A stretch of 64,000 nucleotides of DNA from an uncultured Planctomycetales bacterium (GTDB lineage: Bacteria > Planctomycetota > Phycisphaerae > UBA1845 > PWPN01), in contig CAZJTF010000002.1 in NCBI GenBank assembly GCA_964548565.1, forward strand, positions 3,573-67,572. Reading direction: 5' to 3'. The notes under the pieces are model-generated. The model saw only the letters and a program-made list of their open reading frames with translations, searched no databases and was not told the origin of the DNA. The translations under genes were made by a program, and so were the position numbers. Below, piece after piece: positions 17,561-27,204 of this stretch (positions are counted from its first letter, which is position 1; every line of letters begins with the position of its first letter).

Positions 17561-19190
17561 TGCATTGACTGCCGAACAACGTGCTGATCGTCGGAGTTGT
17601 CGCCATGAATCCGGAATCGCCCGCGTTGTACCACACCCGGTTGGTCGCACCGCTGGCAGGCGGATTCCCGGTGATCTTGGGATACACGCCGTCGGTCAGG
17701 TTCGTCGTCAGGTCTCCGAAGTCCTCAATGAGATTCGCCGCCATGACGCGCCTTCCGGCAGTCGGGAGGCAACCCGGGATACGAATGGTCTGTGTTGCCT
17801 TGATGATCTGCCCCTCCACCAACGCCGGAACGGTCACGAGGGTCGTCCCTGCTGTTGCCGGCGCGTTGGTGACGATCGGAGCATCATTAGCGTAGACGGT
17901 CACCCCCGTGGCACTCGCACTGACCCCGGAGACACGTACGACCGTCCGGCCGGCATCGACGAGACCGACGACGCTCACCGCAGGCACCTGGCCGCAGGCT
18001 CCGACAACCGCACCGTCCGTCGGCGGGACGGTACAGGGCGCCAATCCGCGGATCTCCTGGATTGCGGCCACGGTTGCGTCCGCAGTCAGTGAGTTCGGGG
18101 CGACGGATACGTTCACCGTGCTCGCCCCGCCGGGCGAATTGTTCGTGCCGATCAGCGTCCCGTTCTGGTACACCTTCACCGCGGTAGCCTGCGGATCGAC
18201 GCCGGAGACCGGAACACTGGTATCGCCGGCCACCAGGACCCCGCCGATTGTCACGCCTCCAATCTGGTTACAGTTGTTGGTCTGCGGCCCATCCTTCAAT
18301 GCACACCCTTCTGCCCCCCCGATCGTCTGCGTGGCATTGATGTTTGCGTTCGCGGGCAGTGACGTCGTGGTGGCGATCACGGTCGTGGCGCCGCCTGTCG
18401 GAGTCCCCGTCGGAGGGTTCGACACGTTCAAGCCGTTGGCGTAAACCTTCACCACGGTTGCCGCGGGATCGACGCCGGTCACCGTCACGGTCGTGTCCCC
18501 CGTCAGCACCGGCGTCCGCACGGAAACCGTGGGAACACCCGTACAGACCGCGTTGGGGTTACGGAAGAGGACCGCGTCCGCCATCAATCGATTCGTGCCC
18601 GCCGGCTCCATGACCGCGTTGGTCGCGACGACCGTGTAGGTGACTCCCGCGTTCATCGGGTAGGCCATCGTGCCGATCTGGTGCCATTCATGCTGCCCGA
18701 CGTTCCTCTGGTTGAAATTGGACGTGACGCTCCCGCCCTCGTAATTGAGGGTGTACTGAACGCTGGAGTCGCCGGTGCTTGATTGCCCCCATGTAGCATA
18801 CACCTCGTATGTTCCGGTCTCGACGGGGGTAAAGCTGAAGGTGGCGCTGGACGTGGTCTGGGTCGAGAACTTGCCGCCGATTCCGGTGGTCAGGTCGTCG
18901 TCTGTGCGATTCGGACATGCAGGAACGCTGGAGCACGTAATCCGCGTGGGGAACCCCGCGACATTGGGGTTGCTGTGGGCACTGGTATAGAACCATGTGC
19001 CCGACCGCGTCGCATTCGTCAGGGTGTGATTGCCATACAGTGTGTTCGCCGGAGGCGGATTGGCGTTCGCACTGTTGTCATCACCCATCTCCACCACATA
19101 GTCGACGACAACGCCCAGAGCAGTGCCTGACGTGGCGAGCACGGCCAGCACCGCCATCCCGGCCGCCAGATACGTTTTGCTGGTGTTCAT
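15930..19190 (-). CDS. Secreted multidomain surface protein, paralog B
   Basis: 1086 aa with signal MNTSKTYLAAGMAVLAVLATSGTALG. The architecture matches A. The C-module reads LRVTLGVRENTALTGPIGADGG...GILEHLAFTP...YKVYIDNV, LFRVPSHSGTT...LRVEWQFNSLAANRWLRLTT...IDLSQPVSVRLLL. The tail is DFDLDGDVDMDDFGEFQAC...DLNSDNVVNLQDFAEFLEC. Confidence 0.85.
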   Translation of the reverse strand: MNTSKTYLAAGMAVLAVLATSGTALGVVVDYVVEMGDDNSANANPPPANTLYGNHTLTNATRSGTWFYTSAHSNPNVAGFPTRITCSSVPACPNRTDDDLTTGIGGKFSTQTTSSATFSFTPVETGTYEVYATWGQSSTGDSSVQYTLNYEGGSVTSNFNQRNVGQHEWHQIGTMAYPMNAGVTYTVVATNAVMEPAGTNRLMADAVLFRNPNAVCTGVPTVSVRTPVLTGDTTVTVTGVDPAATVVKVYANGLNVSNPPTGTPTGGATTVIATTTSLPANANINATQTIGGAEGCALKDGPQTNNCNQIGGVTIGGVLVAGDTSVPVSGVDPQATAVKVYQNGTLIGTNNSPGGASTVNVSVAPNSLTADATVAAIQEIRGLAPCTVPPTDGAVVGACGQVPAVSVVGLVDAGRTVVRVSGVSASATGVTVYANDAPIVTNAPATAGTTLVTVPALVEGQIIKATQTIRIPGCLPTAGRRVMAANLIEDFGDLTTNLTDGVYPKITGNPPASGATNRVWYNAGDSGFMATTPTISTLFGSQCIRFADNGFGNGMYAVYEQVIPSTGTYHLQIDMLIDEVGAGDLDWLSNFQAGVIVNGAHRTPGGQIAACSLIGNYTGPLTVDLDGATATQAVVVLTSSFTANAGDNLLIAFATNVGTYTQGGGAPTSPFPGMKIDNIKLNSGARPCLASDVKSVSIPGPVEAGATQLQVSGVSQNPAASLVSVYRYTPSPDTWTLLGTVARGGAPDVSVPLTTALETGWTVVATQTYMPAVAECTAEMEGEKHFTGPIVGLGKNSPLRVTLGVRENTALTGPIGADGGIATSTIQWVGATGSSGANAPVGKLIAPSGEWQTVTFWAEGRGGTDPVLSFNAGDTTLNGAFGILEHLAFTPTAENTGRYKVYIDNVMNGATVVANFEGLEADSVALFRVPSHSGTTAPFLLTQPNVSAVDTGVADGAGQSLRVEWQFNSLAANRWLRLTTFDDANSADMPHSNPQIDLSQPVSVRLLLVGCGLPSADFDLDGDVDMDDFGEFQACFKPSGAPSSACFCSDLNSDNVVNLQDFAEFLECATGPNVPFVPAEHPQCTE

Positions 19191-19892
19191 GATCGTTCGC
19201 TCCCGCTAAACGTGGTTTGCAGTTCGAGGACACCTTCCGCGGTTACATCCCGGCTGGACGTCGATGCGACGCGTCCGGCCGGTGCGGTACGGGCCTCGGT
19301 ATTCGACATCAACCCGCACGCCGATCGCTCTCCCGTAGAATGATCGGCCGGCCCCGCTCGCTCCCGCGGCAAAACGGCCGGCCACCGGCCCGATCCGCCC
19401 TGCCCCGGGGCACCCCCACTGAAGGTCTGGGCCTATAACCCGCGAAGCGGCACCACTCCGCGGAGGGGGGCGAACCCGAAGAGGCCGGCTCTGCTTTCAT
19501 GGCCACCGGAGCGACTCCCAAACGACACGGAGCCGATCCTCAACGGGGAATCCGGGACTCGCCGGCCGAGCGCAATCCGCCCTCATCCGGGAGCCCACGC
19601 CCGTGTGCAAACATCGACAGTTATTGAACTCCGCGACCTTCCGAGCGACTTACCGCGTGTGTTCCGACGGCGGGCCAGAAACGCCGATGTGAAAGGCTCG
19701 TCTTCCCTCCGCGGGGCCTTCGCGCGCACTCGGAAGATTATGCAATTATGCAACGAATTATCGTCCAAAATCGCAGTCCTGTCAATCCAAAAAACGTGTT
19801 TCGTGCCGTATCGCAGCGTCAGGTATGCTCGTTGACCGAACCGCTGCAAACATCCGCCGGACACGGCCGTCCCCGGCTCCGCGCGCAGAGAA

Positions 19893-19923
19893 GACCCCCG
19901 TCCGGAACGCCCGGCCGGGGGTC
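19893..19923 (-). terminator. Hairpin downstream of the PEP-CTERM gene (candidate terminator)
   Basis: GACCCCCG / CGGGGGTC outer stem with inner CCGG/CCGG pairing, 32 nt past the stop at 19955. On the coding strand it is followed by TCTTCTCT. Confidence 0.45.
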
Positions 19924-19954
19924 GGTTGTGTTCAGACGAATCAGCCAGAACGCG

Positions 19955-20611
19955 TTACGAACGCCGCCGACGGAACATGATCGGCAGACCCAGTCCCAAC
20001 AGCCCCAGCGTGGCCGGCTCGGGAACTGCGGTGAACTTCACGGCACCGGCTGCGACGCGATTGGACGGATCGCCGGCGGCAGCGCTGTTGAGAGATTTGT
20101 ACCCGCCGTAGATCCCAACCTTGTAGGTGGTTCCGGCGGTCAGGGACACGTCATCAAATGCGAGGTTCCACTTGCCAACATTCACGTAGTACATGTCCAT
20201 TGTGGTCCTGGCGACTACGCCACCCGGGCCCGCGTTGCCCCAAGGATCCGGGTCTCCGCCCGAGGACACGCCGGTGTACAGGACAACGGCCGTCTGCTTC
20301 TGCCCCGCAGTGCTCGGCCAGGCGAGTTCGATGTCGTACGCGCTTGTCGTTGACGGAGTGAAACTGAAGATCGCCTGCCGCGTCGGACCAAAGAAGCTGG
20401 TCGTCCCGCTGTATCGCGACCCTGCGGCGGTCGTCCCGGGTGCGCCCACGACCCCGCTGCTGTCTGCGAACCCCGCGTCGGAGTACGCGGAGAAGTTCTT
20501 TCCGGTGCTGCGGCTCTCGATGATCACCGCGCCGTCCGGTTCAACAACGTACGCCTTGGCTGCCCCCGTGATCAGCAGCACGGTCAGACCGAAGTACAGT
20601 GCTTTCTTCAT
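19955..20611 (-). CDS. PEP-CTERM-anchored protein carrying a stand-alone copy of the golvesin-like N-domain of paralog A
   Basis: The preferred start is MKKALYFGLTVLLITGAAKA (ATG 20611, with SD GGAGGAGG upstream). IIESRSTGKNFSAYS, GSRYSGT and AYDIELAWPS parallel the A N-domain. The C-terminus VPEPATLGLLGLGLPIMFRRRRS is a PEP-CTERM sorting signal. Confidence 0.8.
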   Translation of the reverse strand: MKKALYFGLTVLLITGAAKAYVVEPDGAVIIESRSTGKNFSAYSDAGFADSSGVVGAPGTTAAGSRYSGTTSFFGPTRQAIFSFTPSTTSAYDIELAWPSTAGQKQTAVVLYTGVSSGGDPDPWGNAGPGGVVARTTMDMYYVNVGKWNLAFDDVSLTAGTTYKVGIYGGYKSLNSAAAGDPSNRVAAGAVKFTAVPEPATLGLLGLGLPIMFRRRRS

Positions 20612-20735
20612 CCGCTTTTCCTCCTCCCAGTTAGAGTGGACGACAAAACTGAAATCCCCTCCTCCGACGCGATCCTCATCACGGCGGCTCGTGGAGAGAT
20701 TTGACCCGGCGAGACCTTCCCGCCTCCTTCGCGGC

Positions 20736-20764
20736 ATCTTATATAATCACGCCACCGACTTCAA
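20736..20764 (-). promoter_or_regulatory. Candidate promoter with the ATTATATAAGAT box
   Basis: On the coding strand: TTGAAG, 17 nt, TAAGAT, embedded in GATTATATAAGAT. It lies about 125 nt upstream of the ATG at 20611. Confidence 0.4.
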
Positions 20765-21185
20765 GAGCAAAACCCGCTTTCGATGGTCGTGGCGATGCTG
20801 CTTGATCTTACCCCGCTCGTTTGCTCCTTTCAGAAGAAACTCCGACTGCCGCTTGAATTTCATGAGGGGAAGAGTGGGGAACTCCAACTGGGTTATCACC
20901 TGTCCGATAAAGCCATTGCCCTCGAGATCAAAATGCCCCCGGACCGCGTGTCCGGGAATCCCGGAATAAGCTCTCGCTCTCACCTGGGGGACCGGTAACA
21001 AAGATAGTTGAATGGAATGGACGTGGGGGCGCCGGGTCGGTGGCGCGGCGACGGCCGGGCTGAACACAGGCAGTACGGCACCGAAACCGGCGGTGAGCCC
21101 ACCGCTGCGCGCAAAAAGAACCGGGCTCCGGACCAGCCGTCTGGCGGCCGGTCCGGAGCCCGGAAATCATGTGCATGACGCTCTG

Positions 21186-22094
21186 TCAGAATTCGTCGCG
21201 ATACTCGGTGAACCGCCCGAAACCTCGCTGCGACTCGACGTGCATGTCGAAGTACAGCGTGTTCGTGCGTCCTTTGTACGTCCAACTGCCCGGACGCTCG
21301 TCCCAGCCGGTACCCAGGTGGAACGGTGACCGCGGCAGAGGATTGCCGCTGTTCGCGCTCGAAACGTCCTCGCGCGGCCAGCTTCCCCGCGGCAGCATGT
21401 TCGCCCTCGGGTTCTCGTCGGAACGCGGCCTCTGGAACGCGTCAGCCAGCGCCCACTCGCGGCCCGGCATCTTGATGCGCGACACCTTCTTCGGGCTGTA
21501 GTTGAAGCACTTCTCGGAGGTGTTGCAGTAGGTAGTGTACCACCCGTTGTAGTCCTTGATGCCGGCGTGCGTGAAGCCGAAGTAGTAATTCAAATCCTGG
21601 GTCAGGCTGGCCGGCGTCCCCTTGAATCCGAACGGCTTCGTGTTCGTCCACGAGTTGATCGCGTAGTTGAACGGGTTCGGACCCTGACCGAAAACGCTCA
21701 GGAACGCGCTGTCCTGGACGGGGTAGCTCGGGCACGTCGCGATCGAATCGGACATCGAGCCCGCCCCGCGCTTGTCGCCGAAATACTTCCGTAGCATCGC
21801 TGGCAGATAGAAGTATTTCTGGAAGTCGTTGGTGTTGCGGACGTACTTGAGCATGGCGGGATGCAGCGGCCCCGGCAGCGTCTCCTTGTACTCCGTCAGG
21901 TACATGTGCATCGCGCCGCCCATTTCCTTCAGGTGCGTCTGGCACACGACCGACCGCGACTGCTCGCGGGCCCTGCTCAAGGACGGCAGCAGAATCGAGA
22001 CCAGGAGGGCGATGATCGCGACCACGACCAGCACCTCGATCAGGGTGAAGCCCTGCCGACGCCGGCCGCACAAGGTGACCTGATGCACAGACAT
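21186..22094 (-). CDS. DUF1559 (H-X9-DG) protein with prepilin-type N-terminal cleavage/methylation domain
   Basis: [51 protein letters not shown] is the pseudopilin N-terminus. The C-terminal TNTLYFDMHVES region fits the DUF1559 tail. The alternative start is 22124. Confidence 0.85.
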   Translation of the reverse strand: MSVHQVTLCGRRRQGFTLIEVLVVVAIIALLVSILLPSLSRAREQSRSVVCQTHLKEMGGAMHMYLTEYKETLPGPLHPAMLKYVRNTNDFQKYFYLPAMLRKYFGDKRGAGSMSDSIATCPSYPVQDSAFLSVFGQGPNPFNYAINSWTNTKPFGFKGTPASLTQDLNYYFGFTHAGIKDYNGWYTTYCNTSEKCFNYSPKKVSRIKMPGREWALADAFQRPRSDENPRANMLPRGSWPREDVSSANSGNPLPRSPFHLGTGWDERPGSWTYKGRTNTLYFDMHVESQRGFGRFTEYRDEF

Positions 22095-22193
22095 GAGGAA
22101 TCTTCCCGTGTTACGCCGCCGCAATCTGTGTGGCAGAGAGACAGTGCTGACCCGGCGGCTCGCCTCTAACGTTATCGTCCGCTCCTCTATCCT

Positions 22194-22220
22194 ATCTTAT
22201 ATAATATCCTTTGCAAGCCC
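22194..22220 (-). promoter_or_regulatory. Conserved upstream box shared by both DUF1559 genes
   Basis: The coding strand reads GGGCTTGCAAAGGATATTATATAAGAT. 22 of 27 positions are identical to the box at 23587-23613. It lies 70-100 nt upstream of the start. Confidence 0.45.
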
Positions 22221-22450
22221 CAACCGCGTGATTTTCCCACAAAAGCCTCGCTTGTGCACGGAGCTCCGGCCAGCACGGGGGGGACGTTCCGGAAAAAGTG
22301 CGTAAACGCCCCAAGATCAGCCAGGGCTCGGGGACTTGCACCCGGCACCCAGACTCGGCAGGCAGAGAATGAGGCACACCACCGAAATGCGGGGCACCGC
22401 CGTTGCACCCATGCAGCGGGTTGAGACGACCGACAGCGGCCGGAGCACGC

Positions 22451-23458
22451 CTACTCGCACTCCACGGCGCTGCCGCCCTTACTGTTCCAACACGGATTGA
22501 CGGTCCCCCTCCACACGCGGACACCTTCTCCGTGGCCGTCAAAGAACCCTGCGTTCGTGCGCCCGGTTATCAGCCGCGGAGAATTCGTGCGCGCATCGTT
22601 CGTGTCGATCTCTGATCCGTAGCCGGAGTTGGTCAGATGGAACGGGTACGACGGGACTTTCAACATGCCGCCGTTGGAAATGGAAGCGGATTCCCCGCTG
22701 GCCAGCGTGAAAGGCCACGTGCCCACCGCACGCGACGTTCCCCGCGGAGGGGCAGCCTGCCAGTACCAGAGATCAGCCACCGCCCACTCACGCCCGGCGT
22801 TGTCGACCTGGTCAAGCCGCTTCGGTGAGCGCAGATACTGTTCCGTCACGCTGAATTTCGAGAAAGCCGCCTCCCCGGGCATCGGATCCCCGAGATTCAG
22901 CCGGCCAAAATAATTCGGAGGTCGCGTGGCATACAGCGGGGTGGGCCACTGTGGGTTCGTCCCCTGCGGCCGCGGCGTGCTGCCGAAGCTTGCACCAGTG
23001 TTGGCGATGTAGAACGACCGCGGTTGGTAATACCAGGGCTGCCCGGACGAACTCGCAACATTGATCCGCTCCGCGGTCGGACATACACCGACCGCGTCCA
23101 CGTTCTTCCCGCGTTTGTCTCCCAGATAACGCGCGAGCCGGTACGCCAGATTCGTCTTGAACCACTTGACCTGCTGGTCGTTTGCGCTCCACTGGTCTGC
23201 CGTATCCCGGTAAAGCAGGATATGGACCGGCCCCGGAAGGCTCGTGCGGTTGTCGTTCGCGTACATCCCCAGAGCTGAGCCAAGTTGCTTCAAATTCGCG
23301 AGGCACTGCGCGGACCTTGCTTGCTCCCGCGCCCTCGCCAGCGAAGGCAGCAGGATGGCCACGAGGAGCGCGATGATCGCGACGACCACGAGCACCTCGA
23401 TGAGAGTGAAGCCCCGATGCCAGAATCGTCCTGAGCGGACGTGCTGAACCTTTTGCAT
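22451..23458 (-). CDS. DUF1559 (H-X9-DG) protein with prepilin-type N-terminal domain
   Basis: The preferred start is [60 protein letters not shown] (ATG 23458). The C-terminal part reads [13 protein letters not shown]. The track ORF extends to 23569. Confidence 0.85.
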   Translation of the reverse strand: MQKVQHVRSGRFWHRGFTLIEVLVVVAIIALLVAILLPSLARAREQARSAQCLANLKQLGSALGMYANDNRTSLPGPVHILLYRDTADQWSANDQQVKWFKTNLAYRLARYLGDKRGKNVDAVGVCPTAERINVASSSGQPWYYQPRSFYIANTGASFGSTPRPQGTNPQWPTPLYATRPPNYFGRLNLGDPMPGEAAFSKFSVTEQYLRSPKRLDQVDNAGREWAVADLWYWQAAPPRGTSRAVGTWPFTLASGESASISNGGMLKVPSYPFHLTNSGYGSEIDTNDARTNSPRLITGRTNAGFFDGHGEGVRVWRGTVNPCWNSKGGSAVECE

Positions 23459-23586
23459 GGCGTTTGCACCATCTCTTGAATGACGCCGCAGCACCTGCGT
23501 AGGTACGGTGGCCGCCAACGGACGTGATCCTGGAAACAAACCGGCGGTGCCTGCTGCACGCCGAAACATGTGACGTCCAGAATTCT

Positions 23587-23613
23587 AATCTTATATAATA
23601 AAGTCCGCAAGCC
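23587..23613 (-). promoter_or_regulatory. Conserved upstream box shared by both DUF1559 genes
   Basis: The coding strand reads GGGCTTGCGGACTTTATTATATAAGAT, about 130 nt upstream of the ATG at 23458. Confidence 0.45.
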
Positions 23614-23771
23614 CGTGACCAAAAAAAAGTGCCACCTGCCTTCGGTCGCAGACCTCGCCTCTCACGTTAATCGCACGTCGCGCGAAAACTCACACCTAAG
23701 TTCAGATCGCACAGTAATTTACAGTCAGACCCCGGCGCATCCACCGCGCCCGTGCGGCTGCGATTCGCCCG

Positions 23772-23800
23772 GCGGCCGTCCTGGAACGCTGGACGGCCGC
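23772..23800 (-). terminator. GC-rich hairpin downstream of paralog C (candidate terminator)
   Basis: A perfect 10-bp stem GCGGCCGTCC / GGACGGCCGC with a 9-nt loop lies 18 nt past the stop at 23818. Confidence 0.45.
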
Positions 23801-23817
23801 AGCAACTCCCCAGCCAT

Positions 23818-26800
23818 CTATGGGCACTGAGGCGAGGACACCCAGGGGATGCCCGGTCCGGTCGCGCACTGCTCGAATTTCGCAAAGTCGAGCAGATTCA
23901 CGCCGCCGTTTCTGTCAAGATCGAAGCACTCGCAGCCGGGCGCGACAATCAATGGGTTGAAGCACAGTTGGAATGCACCGAAATCGTCCATATCGACGTC
24001 GTGATCGCCGTCCGTATCCGCAAACAGCCCGGCACATGCTTTCGGAGGAAGCAGCAGTACGCGCATGGTGATTGGCTGCGAGAGATCCACCTGCGGATTG
24101 GGGAGAGCTTCCGTATTCTGCGTGGTCAGCCGGAACCACCGTGTCGCCGCCTCGTCCCGGAACCGCCAGCGGACCCGGAGCGATTTGATGCTCGCATCAC
24201 CGTACCAGTTCGTCACGGCCGTGCTGTTCGGCGGCGTGGACAGGTTCGAACTCGTGCCCGCCTGGCCCGGGTTGCGGAAGATTACCTGGGTGTCCACGGC
24301 CGCGCTCTCGAAATCGCTCAGCAGCGTCTGGCCGTTGTAGATGTTGTCGATGTACAGCGTGTACGGACCCACGTCCGGAGCGGCCGCATTCATCGTGATG
24401 GCCAGGTGCTCGAGCACACCGAACGCACCGTTCAGAACGTCGTTCCCCAGGGTGTAAGACTTGATGACGTCGCCTGGAACGTTGAACGTGACGGTCTGCC
24501 ACTGAGTTGAGGGCATGATCAGCTTGCCACTTGGGCCGTTGTTCGGCGTATCGACCTGCACCAGCCGGCCGTCGTCCGGATCGTTCGGATCGTCCGGGAT
24601 GACAAACTCGATGGCCGTCGACGGGGGGACTCCGCCGTCTGCACCGATCGGCCCCGCCAGCCCGTCGACTTCGCGGATTCCCAGCGAGAGGCGGATCGCC
24701 GCGTTGCCCCCGGAGCCAACGGTCTGCCCCGATGTCGGGACGCAGCCCTGGAGAGTCCCCGCCGATGACTGCGTCGCGGGCAGAGTCTGTGTCGCAGCGA
24801 TCCACTGGTTCTTGACGAGCGGCGGAACCGGCACATCCTCCGTGCCGTCTCCGCTGAGCGCGGTCAGCTGAGCGAGTTGCGTGCCGTTGGCGTACACTGT
24901 CACGGCCACGGCCGATTCGGAAACGCCGTTCACGGTGACGAAGGTCCCGCCCGCACTCACCGGGCCGGCGACGCTCACCGTTCCCACCTGGTTGCAGTCA
25001 TCCACCGCCGGTCCGACGTCCGGAAGGCAGCCTTCGACGTCGCCGATAGTCTGGGTCGCAGTAACGACCTGCGCCGAAGATAGCGCGGGGGTGACGGGTA
25101 CGAACACGCTCGTGGAACCACCCGGTTCGGCCGTCCCCACCTTGGTGGCATTGGCGTAGACGGTCACCAGATTGGCCGTGGGGTCGATCTGGCTCACCTT
25201 GACCTGAGTCTGGCCTGCCACCAGTGGCGTATCGACATGGACGGGATCAATCTGCGTGCACGGGATGATCTTGACCAGCTTGATGTCGTCCACCCGGACG
25301 TTCCACCCGCCGCCAAGGCCGGTTGTCGCGCCGGCGGTCAGGAACCGGCTCACCCCCCAGTTCCACGTGCCCTGCGCATTGAAAACAGGGCGAGGCGCAG
25401 GCGGGAATCCACCAGGCGTCTCGCACGTATCCAGAGGATCCAGCCTGTTGTCGATCGTGGAGACGGTCAGGTCCTGCCACTGTGTCTCGACGTTCGTGGA
25501 GAAGACGATTAGCAGGCTGTCGCCTTCGTTTGCGGAGAACACACCGGTAATCACCTGCTGCGGAGGAAGCCCGCTGTCGTTTCCGGTCGTGATGCCGGCG
25601 TAGTTGCCGACCACGTTTCCCGGCAGGGTCGTGTCCACCGCCAGCAGGGACTCATTGTGGCAACGATAGGTCTTGCAGCCCGGGCTGCCGCAACTCGTAA
25701 TGTCGCGGTGCACACCGTTGACAATGACGCCCATCTGGTACTGTTTGGCGCCGTCAGGCACACTCTCATCCTCGGTCATGTGCATTTTGGCCTGAACCTG
25801 GTACTGCCCCGTAGCCGGCACGACCCCGTCGTACACGGCGTAGACGCCGTTCATGTTTCCGCCGTCCCTGATCCGGAGAGCTGCGCTGTTGCTCCATTGG
25901 ACCGTGTCGGACGTCGCGAACGCCTGACTGTTGACCTGGTACCAGACACGCGGCGCAGCCGGTGCAGCCGCAGTGGGGTTCCTGGAGGCGCCGCCGTTAA
26001 CTCCGAGCTCAAAGTCATCGATGGTCACGCCGTCGGAAACGACGAGTCCCGCCGATCTCGGCTCTTCAATGCCGCCAACCACCTGCATTGCTGTGATCAC
26101 ATCGCCTGCCGCGAATTCGAGGCCGGTGAACGTGTGGGCACCGTCACTGAAGTCTTCGGACGGGCTGGTGGCGGTCCGCACAAGGACGTTATTGATGTAC
26201 AGCCGGACCTCGGTCGCCGTGGGATCGATATACGAGACCGTCACCTTCTGGTGGAGATTCGAAACCGGGCCGTTCACAAGTACCGGATCGAGCACGCCAG
26301 GCGCATCAATGACGATGTTGTCAATGTTGATGAACCACTTTTTCGTGACGTCGTCTGTGGGAGCCTTGCGAACTGTGAGGCTGTCGAGGGTCGCGCGATG
26401 GGTGGGGGTGGAGAGAATGCCGTTTCCGGTCCAGGCGGCGATATTCCTGCGGACCGGCGTCCCGCCTCCGACGCTCACGTCAACTTTCGTGACTCCGCCG
26501 TCGTCCACAAACTGCCACTTGATGGTAGTGAAAAAAGCGGAAGGTGAGAGCGCCACGCCACCGACGGGCGTTCGGACATCAGTGGTTGAGCCACCGGGGC
26601 AGCCGGTCGCCAGCCCCACGCAGTTAACACCGACGAATTCAACCGGACCCGTGGTCCCACCGTTGAGTCCGAGCGGAAGATTGCGATCCGTTTCCCGCAA
26701 AGCGAGCGAAAACTCCAGCTGCCCTGAATCGTTGACGACTCCGCCTGCATCCTGCCCAAATATCAGCACATCCATCGAGATTGAGCTGCCGGGGCGGATG

Positions 26801-27204
26801 TCCACCGTCGGGGCCTGGCGCCACGGAATCACACCGGATGCGCTGGCAGTCCATAACCGCACCCAGGTGTCATCGTTCGCCGGGTCGACCCAGCTGAAAC
26901 GGAGTTCGTTGCTGCCCGGAGGCGTGGAGCTGAATTCTGTCGTCCGGAGGCTGTCGCTCCCGTTCGTCCCCCCGGCCTGCCCCTCACCGCATCCCGCGGG
27001 ATCCACGATATAGGCAGCCGTGGCTCCTGCATATTCCGCCCGGTTAAACAGCGGTGGTCGCGGATTATCCACACAGGGCGCATTGGCCGGTCCGAACGTT
27101 GCGTCATCAAAAGTGAGAACCCCCGTTGCACCCGACAGTGAACCGGCGGCCAGCAGGAGGACAAAAGCTCCAACCACGACAAGCGTGTCAGCACTGTGGC
27201 GCAT
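23818..27204 (-). CDS. Secreted multidomain surface protein, paralog C
   Basis: 1128 aa with signal MRHSADTLVVVGAFVLLLAAGSLSGA. The N-terminal two-thirds diverge from A and B. The C-module is shared: IRLSLGIREVDGLAGPIGADGG...GVLEHLAITM...YTLYIDNI, IFRNPGQAGTS...LRVRWRFRDEAATRWFRLTT...VDLSQPITMRVLLL. The tail is DTDGDHDVDMDDFGAFQLC...DLDRNGGVNLLDFAKFEQC. Confidence 0.85.
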   Translation of the reverse strand: MRHSADTLVVVGAFVLLLAAGSLSGATGVLTFDDATFGPANAPCVDNPRPPLFNRAEYAGATAAYIVDPAGCGEGQAGGTNGSDSLRTTEFSSTPPGSNELRFSWVDPANDDTWVRLWTASASGVIPWRQAPTVDIRPGSSISMDVLIFGQDAGGVVNDSGQLEFSLALRETDRNLPLGLNGGTTGPVEFVGVNCVGLATGCPGGSTTDVRTPVGGVALSPSAFFTTIKWQFVDDGGVTKVDVSVGGGTPVRRNIAAWTGNGILSTPTHRATLDSLTVRKAPTDDVTKKWFINIDNIVIDAPGVLDPVLVNGPVSNLHQKVTVSYIDPTATEVRLYINNVLVRTATSPSEDFSDGAHTFTGLEFAAGDVITAMQVVGGIEEPRSAGLVVSDGVTIDDFELGVNGGASRNPTAAAPAAPRVWYQVNSQAFATSDTVQWSNSAALRIRDGGNMNGVYAVYDGVVPATGQYQVQAKMHMTEDESVPDGAKQYQMGVIVNGVHRDITSCGSPGCKTYRCHNESLLAVDTTLPGNVVGNYAGITTGNDSGLPPQQVITGVFSANEGDSLLIVFSTNVETQWQDLTVSTIDNRLDPLDTCETPGGFPPAPRPVFNAQGTWNWGVSRFLTAGATTGLGGGWNVRVDDIKLVKIIPCTQIDPVHVDTPLVAGQTQVKVSQIDPTANLVTVYANATKVGTAEPGGSTSVFVPVTPALSSAQVVTATQTIGDVEGCLPDVGPAVDDCNQVGTVSVAGPVSAGGTFVTVNGVSESAVAVTVYANGTQLAQLTALSGDGTEDVPVPPLVKNQWIAATQTLPATQSSAGTLQGCVPTSGQTVGSGGNAAIRLSLGIREVDGLAGPIGADGGVPPSTAIEFVIPDDPNDPDDGRLVQVDTPNNGPSGKLIMPSTQWQTVTFNVPGDVIKSYTLGNDVLNGAFGVLEHLAITMNAAAPDVGPYTLYIDNIYNGQTLLSDFESAAVDTQVIFRNPGQAGTSSNLSTPPNSTAVTNWYGDASIKSLRVRWRFRDEAATRWFRLTTQNTEALPNPQVDLSQPITMRVLLLPPKACAGLFADTDGDHDVDMDDFGAFQLCFNPLIVAPGCECFDLDRNGGVNLLDFAKFEQCATGPGIPWVSSPQCP

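Noticed and set aside
9806-18092. Very long + strand ORFs (9806-11827, 11289-13562, 13728-15284, 16218-18092) antisense to the transglutaminase gene and to paralogs A and B
   Set aside because: Their translations are Arg/Pro/His/Gly-rich and low in complexity, with no recognisable motifs. The opposite strand encodes proteins with signal peptides and clear domain motifs. These are typical shadow ORFs of high-GC DNA.
19583-19864. ORFs in the relatively AT-rich patch upstream of paralog B, with a tandem ATTATGCA-ATTATGCA repeat at 19737-19752
   Set aside because: The ORFs (76-93 aa) lack SD sequences and motifs. The AT-rich patch more likely holds promoter or operator elements, but it is about 550 nt from the start at 19190 and I could not define a convincing -35/-10 pair, so I make no feature call.
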